From Eledone cirrhosa (lineage: Eukaryota): a stretch of 64,000 bases of DNA. This document shows, in pieces, positions 10,360-22,838 of the stretch. Every line of letters starts with the position of its first letter. Position 1 is the stretch's first letter. The notes beneath the pieces were generated by a model. It searched no databases. It saw only the letters and a program-made list of their open reading frames with translations, and had not been told where the DNA came from. Both the position numbers and the translations under genes were made by a program. The stretch is from positions 188,728,001-188,792,000 of the forward strand of contig OZ024743.1 in the NCBI GenBank assembly GCA_964016885.1. Direction: 5' to 3'.

Positions 10360-12498
10360 CTAACCCCCCCCCCCCCCCGGGTCATTATGGGGTTTGAGGG
10401 CGAGGTAAGTCCTACGCAATCTGTGTTTGCATGCAGTTACCAGTTCGTCTTTCTTGTTTAGGAGTTGGTCCGTCGAAAACAACATCTGTAATGTTTCCTC
10501 CGAGCATAGGTTACACGGACGGCGTCCTCCCGTGTAACAGTTGGCTCTGGACAGTAAGCTCCAAGTGAGATTATAGGTTATATTGTTATCTTTGAGGTCC
10601 CAGATGTGGTCCGAAAGTGTAGTGGCGTGACGCCGGGCCGGGTTTCGGAAAGTATGTCTGTGTTGGTATAGCCGGGTCTTGAAGTCACAAGCGGTTAATC
10701 CTATATAAGCTTTGTTGGAGGTGTCCGTCCTCACGTTGCACTGGTAGATCACATTACGATCTCTGCATCTGTTGTCGAGGGGGCAACGGGATCCATCAGG
10801 ACAGTTAAACCTCCTGGTCGGCTCTCCACTGCTATCTAGGTTATTTCTTCCTTAGGGGTTGAGTTTTTTGTTGTTAGAGGAGACGATGTTTTGTACAAAG
10901 TTAGGCGTGGTGCTGTAGGAGAGTTTGATGGTATTTTTGTTGATTATGTTGTGGTAGCGGTGTTGTAGTGGCAAGTGTTTTTCGATGAGCCTAAAGAAGA
11001 TTTTCCCGATAGGTGTTGTCACCTCGGCATTGAGGGGAGGATTGAAACACCTTACGTTGCGTGAGCGGCGGTGTCGCCTGCTGGTTCCGCTAATAGAAGC
11101 TGGACAATAGGATATTTCCTTCCGGAAGCCACTCCGCTTGAGGGCCTGGTTGTAATAAGGCGCATGGTCCTCGAATATCTGCTCATTAGCGGACAAACGA
11201 GATATGCTGAGGGAGATGTTTTTAACTAGGTTATTGGTGATGGTTCGACCGGCGGTGGATGTAGTGCAGGTTGTCGTTTGGTTTCCTGTATGGGTAGTAC
11301 AGATCGTTATCGAGGTTAAGGGTAACGTTCAGGAAGTTTACTCGGGTTAGGGACGTTTGTAGGGTTATTTTAAATCCCCAGTCTCGGAAGAAGCTGATTA
11401 ATTGTTTACGGACCCGGTCTGTACTACTGGGGTTGTACCCTTTATGGGTAAGGACTCCATCATCACAGTACAATCCACCACCGAATGCAGGAAACATATC
11501 GGTGAGTTTAAATAGTAGGAATAATCCTATAAGATCTGTGACCTCAGCCGAATCCGTCGCTCCCATACTGACGTCGAAGAGGGAGTCGGGAGCTCTCTTT
11601 ATCCATTTGGAGTTGTCGAAAAGTAGGACTGTCTTCCTGGCGTGGAAGATGATATTTCTTTCCTGGTCGGTTATGGGCGCAAGTCCAAGGCGGCCGTAAG
11701 GAGCGGTAAGGTAATTGAAGCATAATAACTCTCTATGTCAAACTGGATGAAATTTGTGTCTCGTTTGTCCTCCATATTGCTGAACCATGAGATTACTTCC
11801 TGGGTGTTGAACCATAGGCTAAGTCTGGCGTTTTGCTTAACTTTTGGTATAACGCGGTCTAGGATTTTTTTACTGATTCTCCCTATGTTGGACTTCGTTG
11901 GATTTATAAGCCTGATAGAGGGTTTACGGTCGAAGCCGGATTTGTGGTCCTTCAGTGTGAAGTAGGGAGTCCGTGGGTCTAGGGGTTCCGTGCGGTCGGC
12001 GACCCCGAGGCTGGAGGTAATTTGTTGTCCATCTCGATTTATGTCCTCGATGCATGAGTGGTTAGCCTTTTTATAGGTGGAATTTAGGCTGCTCCTGATC
12101 AGTGTGTGGTTGGTATCTGTCGGGGTTGATGAAGTAGAGGTTCCCAGTTTTATCCGAGTGCACCATGATGTCATTTGTGTTTTCATACTCTGTTAAATTG
12201 CTACGGAGTTTTTGTAGGAATCTGTTGTGTCTGGGTTTGAATTTAATGCTATTGACCTGTTGGAAAAGGTCATTCTCGAAGGGTGAGAGCATAGGGTTCG
12301 GAGGGGGAGATTTGTAGGTATTAAATCCGAATCTCTCCTTGGTATCGAAGTCCTGATTGTCGCAATATCTGTCGTAGAAAAATGTTCTCCATCTTAGTCT
12401 TTTCGCAAAGAGGTCGATTTTTTGCGTGAGCATCCGAAGGTAGAGTTTCTCGGTGGGACTGGGATGTTCTTGGTGGAGAAGTCGATGTGTTTTCGCAT
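10360..12498 (-). pseudogene. PLE RT plus GIY-YIG polyprotein with multiple frameshifts
   Basis: MRKHIDFSTKNIP, FAKRLRWR, SDKTGNLY, TLKDHK, RLINPTKSNIGRISK, FIQFDIESYYASI, MGATDSAEV, GLYCDDG, YRKPND, FNPP, YIGLT...FKTRLYQH, CNLC, LLNKKDELVTACKHR. Confidence 0.92.
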
Positions 12499-12892
12499 GC
12501 TGCGGGTGAAAAAACTTGAGCTTAACGGAAAATATACATATATATATTAGAAAAGGGAAGTAAGGTTCTATACAAAACAGTGGATATAGATAAAAGGTCT
12601 TATCCCCTGGGTGTTTTGTTTACTATTGGCCTTGTTTGTGGAGTGTATTATTCATGTATAGAGACATTCAGTGATTACTTTAGCATTGTTCTATGTGTAA
12701 TTATGTTCAGATTTAGGTATTTGGCAGTTCTAATTGTTTATTAATATATATATATATATATATAAAAGGAACGATCGACTTTCGTCAAATCGGACCGAGG
12801 GAACAATGTTTCCGTTGGTCTTTCCAATTGCTAATACTATCTATCGGTCGCAACTCCAGGTAGAATATATATAGGTAGAATATATATAGGTA

Positions 12893-12928
<36 letters not shown>

Positions 12929-12929
12929 A

Positions 12930-14330
12930 TACCTTGCTCTGCTAAGCAACTCACAGAGACTTCAGCCGTGTGTCTAAAAAATTATATTCCACTAAAAGAA
13001 GGCGGTATATCTTTCTTCTCTCATCACTATTTGCACAGAAATTGAACAAAAAATCCAACTTATTATAGATCTGTTTACTGTAAGACAATGCTGGCTGATA
13101 GACTTATTATGTAAGTATAAAAACGTTCAGGAGTTGCATGAACAAGACTATTATTAGTATATTAAACTGAATGATATGTGTTAGGCAATACATCAGAGTA
13201 AGAGAAGTATGGAAAAAATGAATCAATCAACATGACAGACATGTTATTTCATTGTGAGTACAAGCCTCAAATATCATGATTTTTATGTTAGTGCACATAT
13301 TATTTTGTAGCTCTCTACTTATGTATAAATCTATCTTTCTTTTAAGATATCATGCCATAGTAATGTTAATTCCAACGTATGTTTGATGCAGAATGGTAGG
13401 GAATTATGTTACCCATAGATTTAGCTAAGGAATTGCCTTGGAAAAATGGTTTTCTATTTACTGATACTCTATCAAACCTAGAACTGTGTCAGTCAAGAAA
13501 AAGGGGTCAGGTTAGAGATAGTGAGAATGCTCTGATAAAAATAGACAACTACTTCTCAGAAAATAAAGAAGGAATAACAGCGATTTGGATACCAGCCATA
13601 CAGATATTAGAGGAAAAAGGAAAGCAGATGAATTAGCAGGTAAAATCATTTAGCAAACATATAATTAGTCAAGGATGGAAAACATTTTGGGAAGAATCCA
13701 GAGATAAGCTCACAAATTTCAATCCCCCACATTCTCAACCAGATTTGACAACAATCAAAACTTATCGATCATTGAGTAATGCAAATAAAAAAAAAGGGCT
13801 ATGCTTGTTTGAACTGGACATATACCTTTGAACTACATTCTATCAAGAACAGGTCATAGAGATTCACCTCTATCTTCTTGTGTTAACTCTTCAGAAACTC
13901 TTTGGCACTGTTTGTTCCAATGCAGAAACTATCAGTCTGAGAGAAAGGCCATATTGAAACCAATCTTTGAAAAAGCTATCAAGATTGGAAGTTCAATATA
14001 TGGTTAAATGTCTACCAAATATAAACAAAATCTTTCAGTACATGGAAATTAACAGAAACTTTTAGCTGTTTTACAGCTACCCTTGTTTCCTATTTTCCTT
14101 TTCTTTTTCGTTTTATTATGCATAATCTGCCTCCCATTGGCCTTCAATATTTGAAGTATTTCTTTTTCTTTTTTTATTTTTCTGTATTTTTCACTTAAAA
14201 AAAAATTATTTGTCTCATTAGCTCCTTTTGATTACTAACTGTAAGGAATACTCGATATTTCCCTTAGTCTCTCATGGCTTACTAGCTCTATACGGGCGTT
14301 TAAATTGATTAAATAAATGAATAAGTAAAG
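12930..14330 (+). pseudogene. Decayed RNase H-bearing LINE (I-group) 3' end
   Basis: FLFTDTLSNL, ITAIWIPA, KADELA (RNase H); TGHIPLNYIL; CVNSSETLWHCLFQCRNYQSER (zinc knuckle); TAAA-like tail at about 14310-14330. Confidence 0.7.
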
Positions 14331-15136
14331 CTCACTTATATATTTAAGAATTAAAAAAAGAAGAAATATACAGATCAAATCCATGTTTCGTGTGAAAAGT
14401 GAACCCTAATGTTTTATGGACTCTTCTCAAGAGAATTGATTTATTGGATTCAATTTTACCCATGGAGGCCAGCTAATATTCTTTTCTAATTCTCGTATTA
14501 ATATATGCCTTTATACCACTGACACCTACTGACATAGACTATCATTGATTTCTTTGAACTTCATTGATTATTTCCTTCACAAATCAATTAATGTTTTCAT
14601 GATTGATGCTTGCAGCATCTTCCTTCTGTTATCCTGAAGTAAACATTTGAAATTTAATTTGTATTTTTAAAAAAATTAGTTTTAATTAGATTATTTGTGA
14701 ATATTTTTTTTACACTCTTCTAGGTTTTAATTAGAAGGTATTTTTAAACAGAGGATCATCAAAATATGAATTAACTCTTTTTTTGTAATAATCCCATTTC
14801 TGTGTTACATAAAATATTAACAATCCATAGTTTCCTTGGGGTTCAATAAATGTATAATGAAGGCATTGAGAAAAGAAACCTAACTAGAATACAAGAAAAT
14901 CAATGAGGTCTAAATTAAAAATAAACAGTTGATGTGGTTTGTAAAATTGGTGATGTGATGTTTATATCCGATAAGAAAAGACAAATTTTAACTTGAAATA
15001 GGGACTTTTTTTTAAAGGTATAATGGAAGTATGTACTTATTGCCACCAAGGACTGTTTCTATTTCTCCTCACATAATAATAAATAATTATATATATATAT
15101 ATATATGGAGAGAGAAGAAGAGTGTGTGTCTGTGAT

Positions 15137-15290
15137 GTGAAGACCAGGAAGACCACAGTAGTACTCAATACATGGCATGATGCAGAGTAGATATAGGATC
15201 AGCTGTGAGCTCAGATGGCTTGAGCTAGTAACTTCTAGTTACTAGCTGAAACCGTCTAAACTCCCGATCAATCCTCTACCCCAGTAATAT
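15137..15290. repeat. Palindromic mini-element between (TA)n tracts
   Basis: Perfect AGCTAGTAACT-tct-AGTTACTAGCT core (15223-15247) extended by imperfect arms; left part resembles 9050-9140. Confidence 0.6.
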
Positions 15291-15864
15291 ATTATATACA
15301 TATATATATATTTATATATATATAGTGAATAAAATAAATATTTCGAAAGTATAAAATTTAGCAAAGAATATATTGTGCATTAATATATAATTATGGGAAG
15401 CAATTTTTAGTTGCTTTGAATTTAATTTTATAGTTGTAAAAATAACATCAAACCATAGACAATTTGCACTAGATTTGAAGAGGAATCTTGGTAAACATCA
15501 ACAAAATATAGGGCTATAATTCAAGCTATTAAGACAATGATTCTAATAGCCTAATTTGTATTAGTAGCACAATTGGCATTGAAACATTGGCTAGGAGATA
15601 TAGTTTCAATCTGGCTTGGCACTTCTTTGTTTTCTTTATGTTTATCTATATGTCTTTGAGTGTCTACTTCTAAGTTACATTATACACAGGATATACAAAA
15701 ATATAATAATTTCTCTAAGCTAGTAAATCAGTCATTAACAATTTATTATCCAAGCTTAGCTAGCAGGGAAATTGACATTAGATAATGATGATGATGTTTT
15801 TTTCTATGAATAAAGACATTGCAAACAGTTATAATTAATTCATATTATGACAGATTTTTAACAG

Positions 15865-16045
15865 GCTCAACATACTACATTTTCAGAGAGGAGTGTAGCT
15901 GATTATATTAACCACAGGATTTTACTGGCACTTATTTTATGGATTCCTGAAGAATGGATGGCAAAGTTGACATTAGTAGAATTTGAACTGAGCATAAAAG
16001 GATTTAAATAAATGCCACAAGGTTTTTAATCTGCTTCTCAATAAT
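15865..16045 (-). mobile_element. Degenerate SINE family 1 copy
   Basis: TTTACTGGCACTTATTTTAT...GGCAAAGTTGAC...GAATTTGAACTGAG. Confidence 0.6.
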
Positions 16046-16407
16046 TCGAAGCTCTCAGATATGTAAATGTCATTGTTGTTATTTTCTTATTCGTGGTTTA
16101 AGAAATGTATTCAGATTTTATTTCCTTACATAAAAACAAGTAGTTATATCTTAGAAAGCATGCAATATGTGAGCCAACTTCATGATCTTATAAAAGTCTG
16201 CTTTATTTAGAAGTTGTAACTACTTCACCACTAAGTATTACAACATCTCAATAATCAGTTCTTCTTTCTGCATATCTAAAGCTTCTATGAATATGAATAT
16301 GAGTTAAACTGTTAGTACAGATATATTTTTAAAAAACATATCGTAAATAAAAAGAAGTGTAAATGCTGTGTGAGAATGCCCTATTTATAGATATGTTGTT
16401 TACTCGA

Positions 16408-17026
16408 CAGAAGGCTACGTTGGTATGGTCACGTGATGCGCATGAAAGACGACAGCTGTATAACAAAGTGCAGGGCAATAAAGATAGATGGTAGCCACGG
16501 AGTAGGCAGACCCAGAAAAACCTGGGACGACCTGATAAATTCCGACCTCACACACTTACACCTCTCCAAGACAATGTCACTGGACCGAGATCTTTGGCGG
16601 TACTCAGTAATAGAGAAGACCCGTCTTACCTAAATGCAAAGTAAAACCTACTACAGTCAGTAGGCATCTCTAACAAAATACACCACCGTCCCACCACCCC
16701 CACCCCATCCACACCGCCCCTTTCAATGTAAAGTTATGTTGGTGCCACAACATCCAGGCCGAAACAAATGAGATTGTGTAGGTGTCACGACAAAAAAACA
16801 CACAGTCCACGCTGTAATGTGGTCATGTAGGCAACACGGTAAAAACCTCCCAGACCCACACTGTAAAAATGTGGTTGGTGTTAGGAAGGGCGTCCAGCTG
16901 TAGAAAACCCGCCAGACAGTCCTATGCGAGCAAGACATCCACTCTTGCCTCAAGTGGGAAAACTCCCGTCCAAACCCATGCAAGCGTGGAACATGGACGT
17001 TAAACGGTGATGATGATGATGATGAT
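16408..17026 (+). mobile_element. RTE subfamily B 3' end
   Basis: RLRWYGHVMRMKDDSCITKCRAIKIDGSHGVGRPRKTW, 3' UTR module, (GAT)n tail; colinear with 30405-31002. Confidence 0.9.
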
Positions 17027-17512
17027 AGTAGTTATATTTTATGGAAAACAGATGTAAAATGATGATGATTATAATGATAATATCAATATCAACAATACAT
17101 ATTGTAATGTATATACACATATTTGTCCTCTGAAAATACTCTAGAGAACACAGAGAGAATAGCTATAACAAAAATGAGGATACAAGGAAAAACTTAAGAA
17201 TTAAACTGATGGATCACTAATAGTTGGTTTTAAAATGTAATTATGGACGACTGTATGTGTGCACAGACATTCACACACACACACTTACACACAGATGCCT
17301 GTAACCTAGGGCAAATAAAGCAGAAAAACAATAATAGAATTTAGGAAAATAGGAATGATTTTGGTTTTCTAAAATTGCTGGAAGAATTTTGAAGCAATAA
17401 TTAGAGTTTTGAATATTACCTTTTTATACATGTGTTTTCAAGATTTCAGCAATTTATTTTCCTTCTCATTTCTTAAGGGTACAGGATTGCAATAATGTTC
17501 TTTAGTAAATTA

Positions 17513-18260
17513 ATAATAACAACAATACTTCCTTTATTAGCCACACAGGGCTCATATTCAGGAGACATTAAAGACTGCACAGGACAATACAGTGTGGGCT
17601 TTTTTTGTGGAAAATAAAATGTATAACAGAGACTAAAAAAATATACATTTAAAAAACAAACATAACAAATTCCCCAAAAGTGAGGAGATTCCAAGAGTCA
17701 CTTGCAGAGAAATCTCACAAAAAGCCATGGTTACCCTAACCGCTAAGGCAAATTACCCTCTCCCAGATGTTCTCCAATCTACAGGCATATGCTCAAGGCA
17801 GACACATTCACATGGACCATGCTCACCACCCTCACCCACCTTTCAACGAACTGGTTGGAAGGCAACACTTACCTCTCTACCTGATTTTTCTATTCTAGTA
17901 AAACCTGAAAAAGTTAATCACTGCTTCACCAAAGAAGAAAATGAGTGTCTTCAACCCTTTCAAACATGTCCACTACACAAACTCTTTTGGCATGGCATCC
18001 ACGCTGATAAAATCTGCCTGTTCTTCTCCTCTAAAGGAAGACAGTGAGGCAATCTTAACAAAGGACTCAGTTGATAGTTGGATCCCTCCAACACATGACA
18101 GCAGGTGCTTGACATAAACAAACAGTTCAGCAATACTCAGACACATGATGAGTTCATGCAGGACTGTTTCATCATCCTACACACATCTCAGACAGGCCTG
18201 GCTGATGGCACTTCTATGCCTGTAGTGCTTATTCAAACTGACAAATTTCCTTGGCAGTGC
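17513..18260 (-). mobile_element. L1/Tx1-type LINE 3' end
   Basis: Minus: YRHRSAISQACLRCV*DDETVLHELIMC zinc knuckle...WTCLKGL...INFFRF; 3' UTR ends TAATAAAGGAAG plus (ATT)-like tail. Confidence 0.7.
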
Positions 18261-18273
18261 TGCTAGTAATAAT

Positions 18274-18329
18274 TGTTTCTATTTTAGGCACAAGGCCAGC
18301 AATTACTCAGTACATTACTGGTACTTTAT
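18274..18329 (-). mobile_element. 5'-truncated SINE family 1 with 16-bp target-site duplication
   Basis: TGCTGCTAGTAATAAT at both 18258-18273 and 18330-18345 flanks the SINE 3' end. Confidence 0.85.
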
Positions 18330-18345
18330 TGCTGCTAGTAATAAT

Positions 18346-18680
18346 AATGATAATAATGGTTTCTTTATTATCCACAGATGGCTTACATTAAGAGAAAAGT
18401 AACGACGATATAGGATGGTACAGTGTAGGTTTTTTGTGTGAGGGGAAGATTTATAAGTGGACTAACAAATAATCATTTAAAATAAAAAATATAACAACTT
18501 CCTCAAAAGTGGGGATATCTCCAAGCGTCACTCATGGAGAAAGCCCACAAAAAGCTAAGATAACATTGACTAATAGGCCAAGTGCCCTGTCTCAGTTGCT
18601 CTCCTCCAATTTACAGGTGCCTTCTCAAAGCAAGCCCATTCAGACAGAACATACTCACCTCTCCCACCCAGCATAATAAT
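18346..18680 (-). mobile_element. Second Tx1-type 3' UTR copy
   Basis: Colinear with 17525-17840 (CTTTATTA.CCACA, CAGTGT.GG.TTTTT, CAAAAGTG, CACAAAAAGC, CTCCAAT.TACAGG). Confidence 0.7.
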
Positions 18681-19740
18681 AAAAGTGAATAGCTGAGGAA
18701 ACTGAGGGAAAATAAAACAAATATGAAGAAAAGTGATATAGAAATTACAACAGGAATGGTGTGCATGAAAGCAAAACACAAATTCCTTATTAGAAAGCTT
18801 CTGGACCTGAAGTTGACATCTTTACATGAGCAAATCACAGCTCAAACGAATGCCATGTTAAACAACCTTGTAAAGATAGCTATATGGATCACAAGTAGGA
18901 CTGTGCTCTGTCAGAAGGACTTCACTAAAGGTAATGTAGTAGATAATTTTAGTCCCATATCTTAATTGCCACTAATGTGTAAACTTATGACTGGTGTCAT
19001 CTTGAGGACTGTGTATAAGTTCCGCAGGGATAATATAATTCTGCCAAAAGAGCAGAAAGAGTGCGAAAAGAACAGCAGGGGTACAAAAGATCAACTGCTG
19101 ATTGATAAAACAATCCTAGCAGATTGTAAAACGTGACACAAGGACTTAGCTATGATCTAGATAGAATATAAGAAAGTCTACGACATGGTCCCCTACAGCT
19201 GGCTATTAGAGTGTCTGAAATTTACTCAAGTGCCAGAAAATGCAATTAGGTTTATAGAAAGATCGGTGGCCAAATGGAAAACAGAGTTAATTTCTATGAG
19301 GAACAGTTAGGCTCTATTAACATATGAAGGTGTATATTTCAGGGAGACAGTTTATCACCACTCTTAATTGTCATCTTGACACAAATCCTTAGAAAAGAGA
19401 AAATACGATACGTGTTATTGGGTATTAATATCAACTATATATTATATTATTCATGGGTGATTTAAAGATGAAAAAAGAGGATGAAATTGATAGTTTAACA
19501 TCTACTGTAAACCTGATTAATCAGGATATAGGGATTGAGTTTGGAACCCACGAATGTGGTGTTGTAACCCTGAAACAGGAGAGACTAATGAAGAGTGGTG
19601 GGATTGAGCTTGCAAATAGCCAGGCTATTAAAGAATTGAGAGAGGAAGGATGCACGAATTTGGCAGTCTATGAGTTGGATAAGATCGAAGAGAAATAAAT
19701 CAAGTTGCTCAAAAAAGAATTTAAATACTTGGACGCTCTT
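18680..19740 (+). pseudogene. R4/Dong-type reverse transcriptase fragment
   Basis: RTVLCQKDFTKGNVVDNFSPIS*LPLM, EQKEC...[52 protein letters not shown]. Confidence 0.85.
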
Positions 19741-20429
19741 CATTCCACAATCTGTACCCATAACCATCTTATTATTCAGAGAAGCACTATGTTGCCCAGT
19801 ATGTCCATTAAAGTTATCAACCATAACAATCTACTGCTCTCCTTGATCGGCTGCCTGCACTGCAAATTTAAAAGCCCACAGTTACACTATTGAGGACATC
19901 ATAGTCAACCATGCAAAATGAGAAGGGGAGTATGAGATACTGGAGGTGAAGAGAAAAAGAGAGCATGTGGGAAAGAAAAGAGGATAGTGTGGGAGAAGAG
20001 AGCTGGAGTGTAGGACGAGAAATAGGTTGAAGATAGTTGTGGAGAATATCAAGGAGAGGATATCATGATTTACAAGTGGAAATTGGTGGTAGGTAGTGTG
20101 GGAATTGGTGTTGAAGTTTGAGAGTGAGGGTGAGAATTGATTATTAGAAAAAGTAGAGCAAAAGAAAAAGGAACACTGTTGAAAGAAGACATTTGTCATT
20201 TGTTGCCACATATATTTTTGTCTAAAAAATTCTCATTTAAATGTCTAATCATAATAAATGGCAATGGTTTTCAGAAACAAGAAAGCATATGAATATAAAA
20301 TATTTTCTCTTAGCTCTCCATAAAATGTGTATCATAGTCATCTCCTATATCAGGGCCTGTATGGCAAAAAAGATGGTGCTGTTTAGATGCTAGAGTCTAT
20401 TATCAGAGAGATAAGTATATATTTGTTAT

Positions 20430-20620
20430 TTGTATCAAACAAAATGCTTGAGGGTATTTATTTGAGCTCTTTACAGTTGTTGTTCCCATCCTGTCACAGT
20501 CAAATTTGCATTTGATCACTCAGAGACCAAATGAAATAAAATACCAGTCTAATACTGGGATTGATTTAATTAACTTCTCCTTCACCACAATTGTTAGATT
20601 TATACTTAAATCAATATTTG
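20430..20620 (+). mobile_element. Degenerate SINE family 1 copy (plus strand)
   Basis: GTCAAATTTGCATTTGATC...AAATAAAATACCAGTCTAATACTGGGATTGATTTAAT resembles the reverse complement of the family. Confidence 0.5.
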
Positions 20621-20667
20621 ATATTATTAATGTTGTTGTTATTTTTGTTATCTTTAATACTTCAATA

Positions 20668-20855
20668 TAATAATTGTTTCTACTTTAGGCACAAGGCCAG
20701 CAATTACCCAGTGCATTACTGGTACTTTATTTTATCGCCCCCGTAAGGATGAAAGGCAAAGTCAACCTCGGCGGGATTTGAACTCAGATCGTAAAGGGAC
20801 GTAACTATGCTGGAAAGCATGGCGTCCGACCCTCTACCGATACTGCCAATCCACC
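20668..20855 (-). mobile_element. Full-length tRNA-derived SINE family 1
   Basis: Minus: A-box TGGCAGTATCGG, B-box GAGTTCAAATCC, body GACTTTGCCTTTCATCC, end GCCTTGTGCCTAAAGTAGAAAC(ATT)n. Confidence 0.9.
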
Positions 20856-21029
20856 AATAGGTGTGAAACTGTCCTCTAACTTCTGCTGGATTCATAGGGG
20901 AACTGTATTGACATACAGCATTTCTCAACCATTTTAAGCCTGACCCCCCCCCCCCCCCCCCCCCTCCCATCCAGGTCTGAGTACAGCAGATTTCTTCTAG
21001 AGAAGGATAGAAAGTAAGAAAGAGGAAGA

Positions 21030-21160
21030 ATCAACCCTGGTATTAAATGATGAAAAGCAAAAGTGGCCTCAGCGGGATTTGAACTCAGAGTGTACAGAGC
21101 CTGAACAAATACGACAAAACACTCTACTTGATGTTCTAACATTACTGACAATTCACTGTC
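21030..21160 (-). mobile_element. SINE family 1, 5' half
   Basis: GATGAAAAGCAAAAGTGGCCTCAGCGGGATTTGAACTCAGAG. Confidence 0.65.
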
Positions 21161-21547
21161 TACAATATATTAAAGTACCAGTCAAATATTTACCCCTTTC
21201 TACCAAATTTCTAGCCTTGAACTTATTTTAGCAAAAATTATTACCATTATATTTTATCATCCTTAAAATAATGTCAATTGTAATTTGTTCATCATATATT
21301 TTCCCCATTATATTCCCTTGCAGCAGTTTTCTTTATGAACATTATTGCCACTGCTTATTAAACATTTTAAAAGGGTTTATCAAGCTGTCAAGAACAGTTA
21401 TTTTCTACCTGACATCTACTGAAATGTAATCCAAAAATTCTTTCTTCTGATATATGTATGCATGTATGTTTGCTCAGATACATATGTGTATGTATCTCTC
21501 ACTCTCTCTCTCATATATATATACATATATATATACACATTTAAATA

Positions 21548-21619
<72 letters not shown>

Positions 21620-21811
21620 TGAGGTTGTCTGTCTGTCTATCGATTTTTGGCACACATCTCCTCTTAGAATCTCCAACGGAATTGCACCGAAATTGCTATA
21701 CTTGTACATTGAGCCCTAGCGAAGACATCGGAAAAAAAATATTTCAAATTGACCCGCCCTATCTGACGAAATCGAATATAATGTATCGATTTTTGAGCGT
21801 AAGTGATCAGT

Positions 21812-21972
21812 TATTTCCCTTTGTTCTGTTTACATTCAGCGTAGCGTCTTACGTTCTCTTTACATTTTCTGCGTGCAAAAATTAAAAAAATGATTTCCCT
21901 TTGTTCTGTTTACATTCAGCGTAGCGTCTTACGTTCTCTTTACATTTTCTGCGTGCAAAGATTAAAAAAATT
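21812..21972. repeat. Two ~80-bp tandem units inside the Helitron
   Basis: ATTTCCCTTTGTTCTGTTTACATTCAGCGTAGCGTCTTACG...GCGTGCAAA repeated twice. Confidence 0.9.
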
Positions 21973-22235
21973 ACGCTGGCTTTCTCAGCGTTTAAAATGA
22001 CATTAACACAATACACGAACAGTTGTCGAGCCAGCAAAATTTTGACCTGCAAAATTCATCAGTTCGAACACTAAACTTCCGTTTTGCTTCATTTCCATTT
22101 AAAAGCCTTTTAAAACAATATTTTTACTTGAAAACAAGTTTATTTAAAGACTACGTAAAACAAGCAAATATTTCGTAAAAAAAAAGCAAAAATTATATAA
22201 GTTTATTTAAAATATATGTATCTGTAAATTTCGTC

Positions 22236-22416
22236 AGGCGTGCAGACAGACAGTCGTGCAGACAGACAGTCGTGCAGAGAGGTGATATAGGCGTGCAGAC
22301 AGACAGTCGTGCAGAGACGTGATATAGGCGTGCAGACAGACAGTCGTGCAGAGAGGTGATATAGGCGTGCAGACAGACAGTCGTGCAGAGAGGTGATATA
22401 GGCGTGCAGACAGACA
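22236..22416. repeat. ~37-bp minisatellite (about 5 units) inside the Helitron
   Basis: AGGCGTGCAGACAGACAGTCGTGCAGAGAGGTGATAT units. Confidence 0.92.
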
Positions 22417-22727
22417 TAACTGATAATTTGGTTACGCTAATGTTTTTCTCTGCGTTGCAGTGTTTACATTTTCGATCTTTGTTAATAAATAACCAGTGCA
22501 GTTTTTATCCCCAGCATCCTCTTTTGTTATAACATTCGGGTTATCGTTATGTTTTCTTAACTTCATAAGGCATATTGTTGGTTGAGGGAATATTAATCAA
22601 AAACACCACATGCAAGTCTGCACAGTAGACACTACAGTTTTTAAGCCAAAAAAGAAACTTAACATTGTAACTTTAACACAGCTACTGAGCGACCCCGAGC
22701 AACGCCGGGCTTTACTGCTAGTATATA

Positions 22728-22759
<32 letters not shown>

Positions 22760-22771
22760 CTTATGTATATA

Positions 22772-22837
<66 letters not shown>

Positions 22838-22838
<1 letters not shown>

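Larger units (their letters stand above)
9025..12530 (-). mobile_element. Near full-length Naiad-type Penelope-like element with 3' UTR and pLTR
   Basis: Broken ORF 12498-10360, then a 3' region with 31-bp and ~75-bp repeats (9700-9980) and a hammerhead-like fold at 9115-9210; flanked by (TA)n. Confidence 0.85.
21605..22721 (+). mobile_element. Non-autonomous Helitron
   Basis: 5' TATATAAAACTGAGGTTGTCTGTCTGTCT; 3' hairpin CCCGAGCAACGCCGGG followed 8 nt later by CTAG|T; internal tandem repeats. The canonical 5' TC is not visible within (TA)n. Confidence 0.8.

Noticed and set aside
10360-10830. Selenocysteine (UGA) recoding as described for some Naiads
   Set aside because: The conserved Cys positions I could read are not TGA; breaks are frameshifts.
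14460-14634. Exon-like segments on minus at 14460-14634 and 4518-4695
   Set aside because: Stops in all three frames.
22236-22416. CRISPR-like regular repeats
   Set aside because: No unique spacers or cas genes; a eukaryotic minisatellite inside a Helitron.
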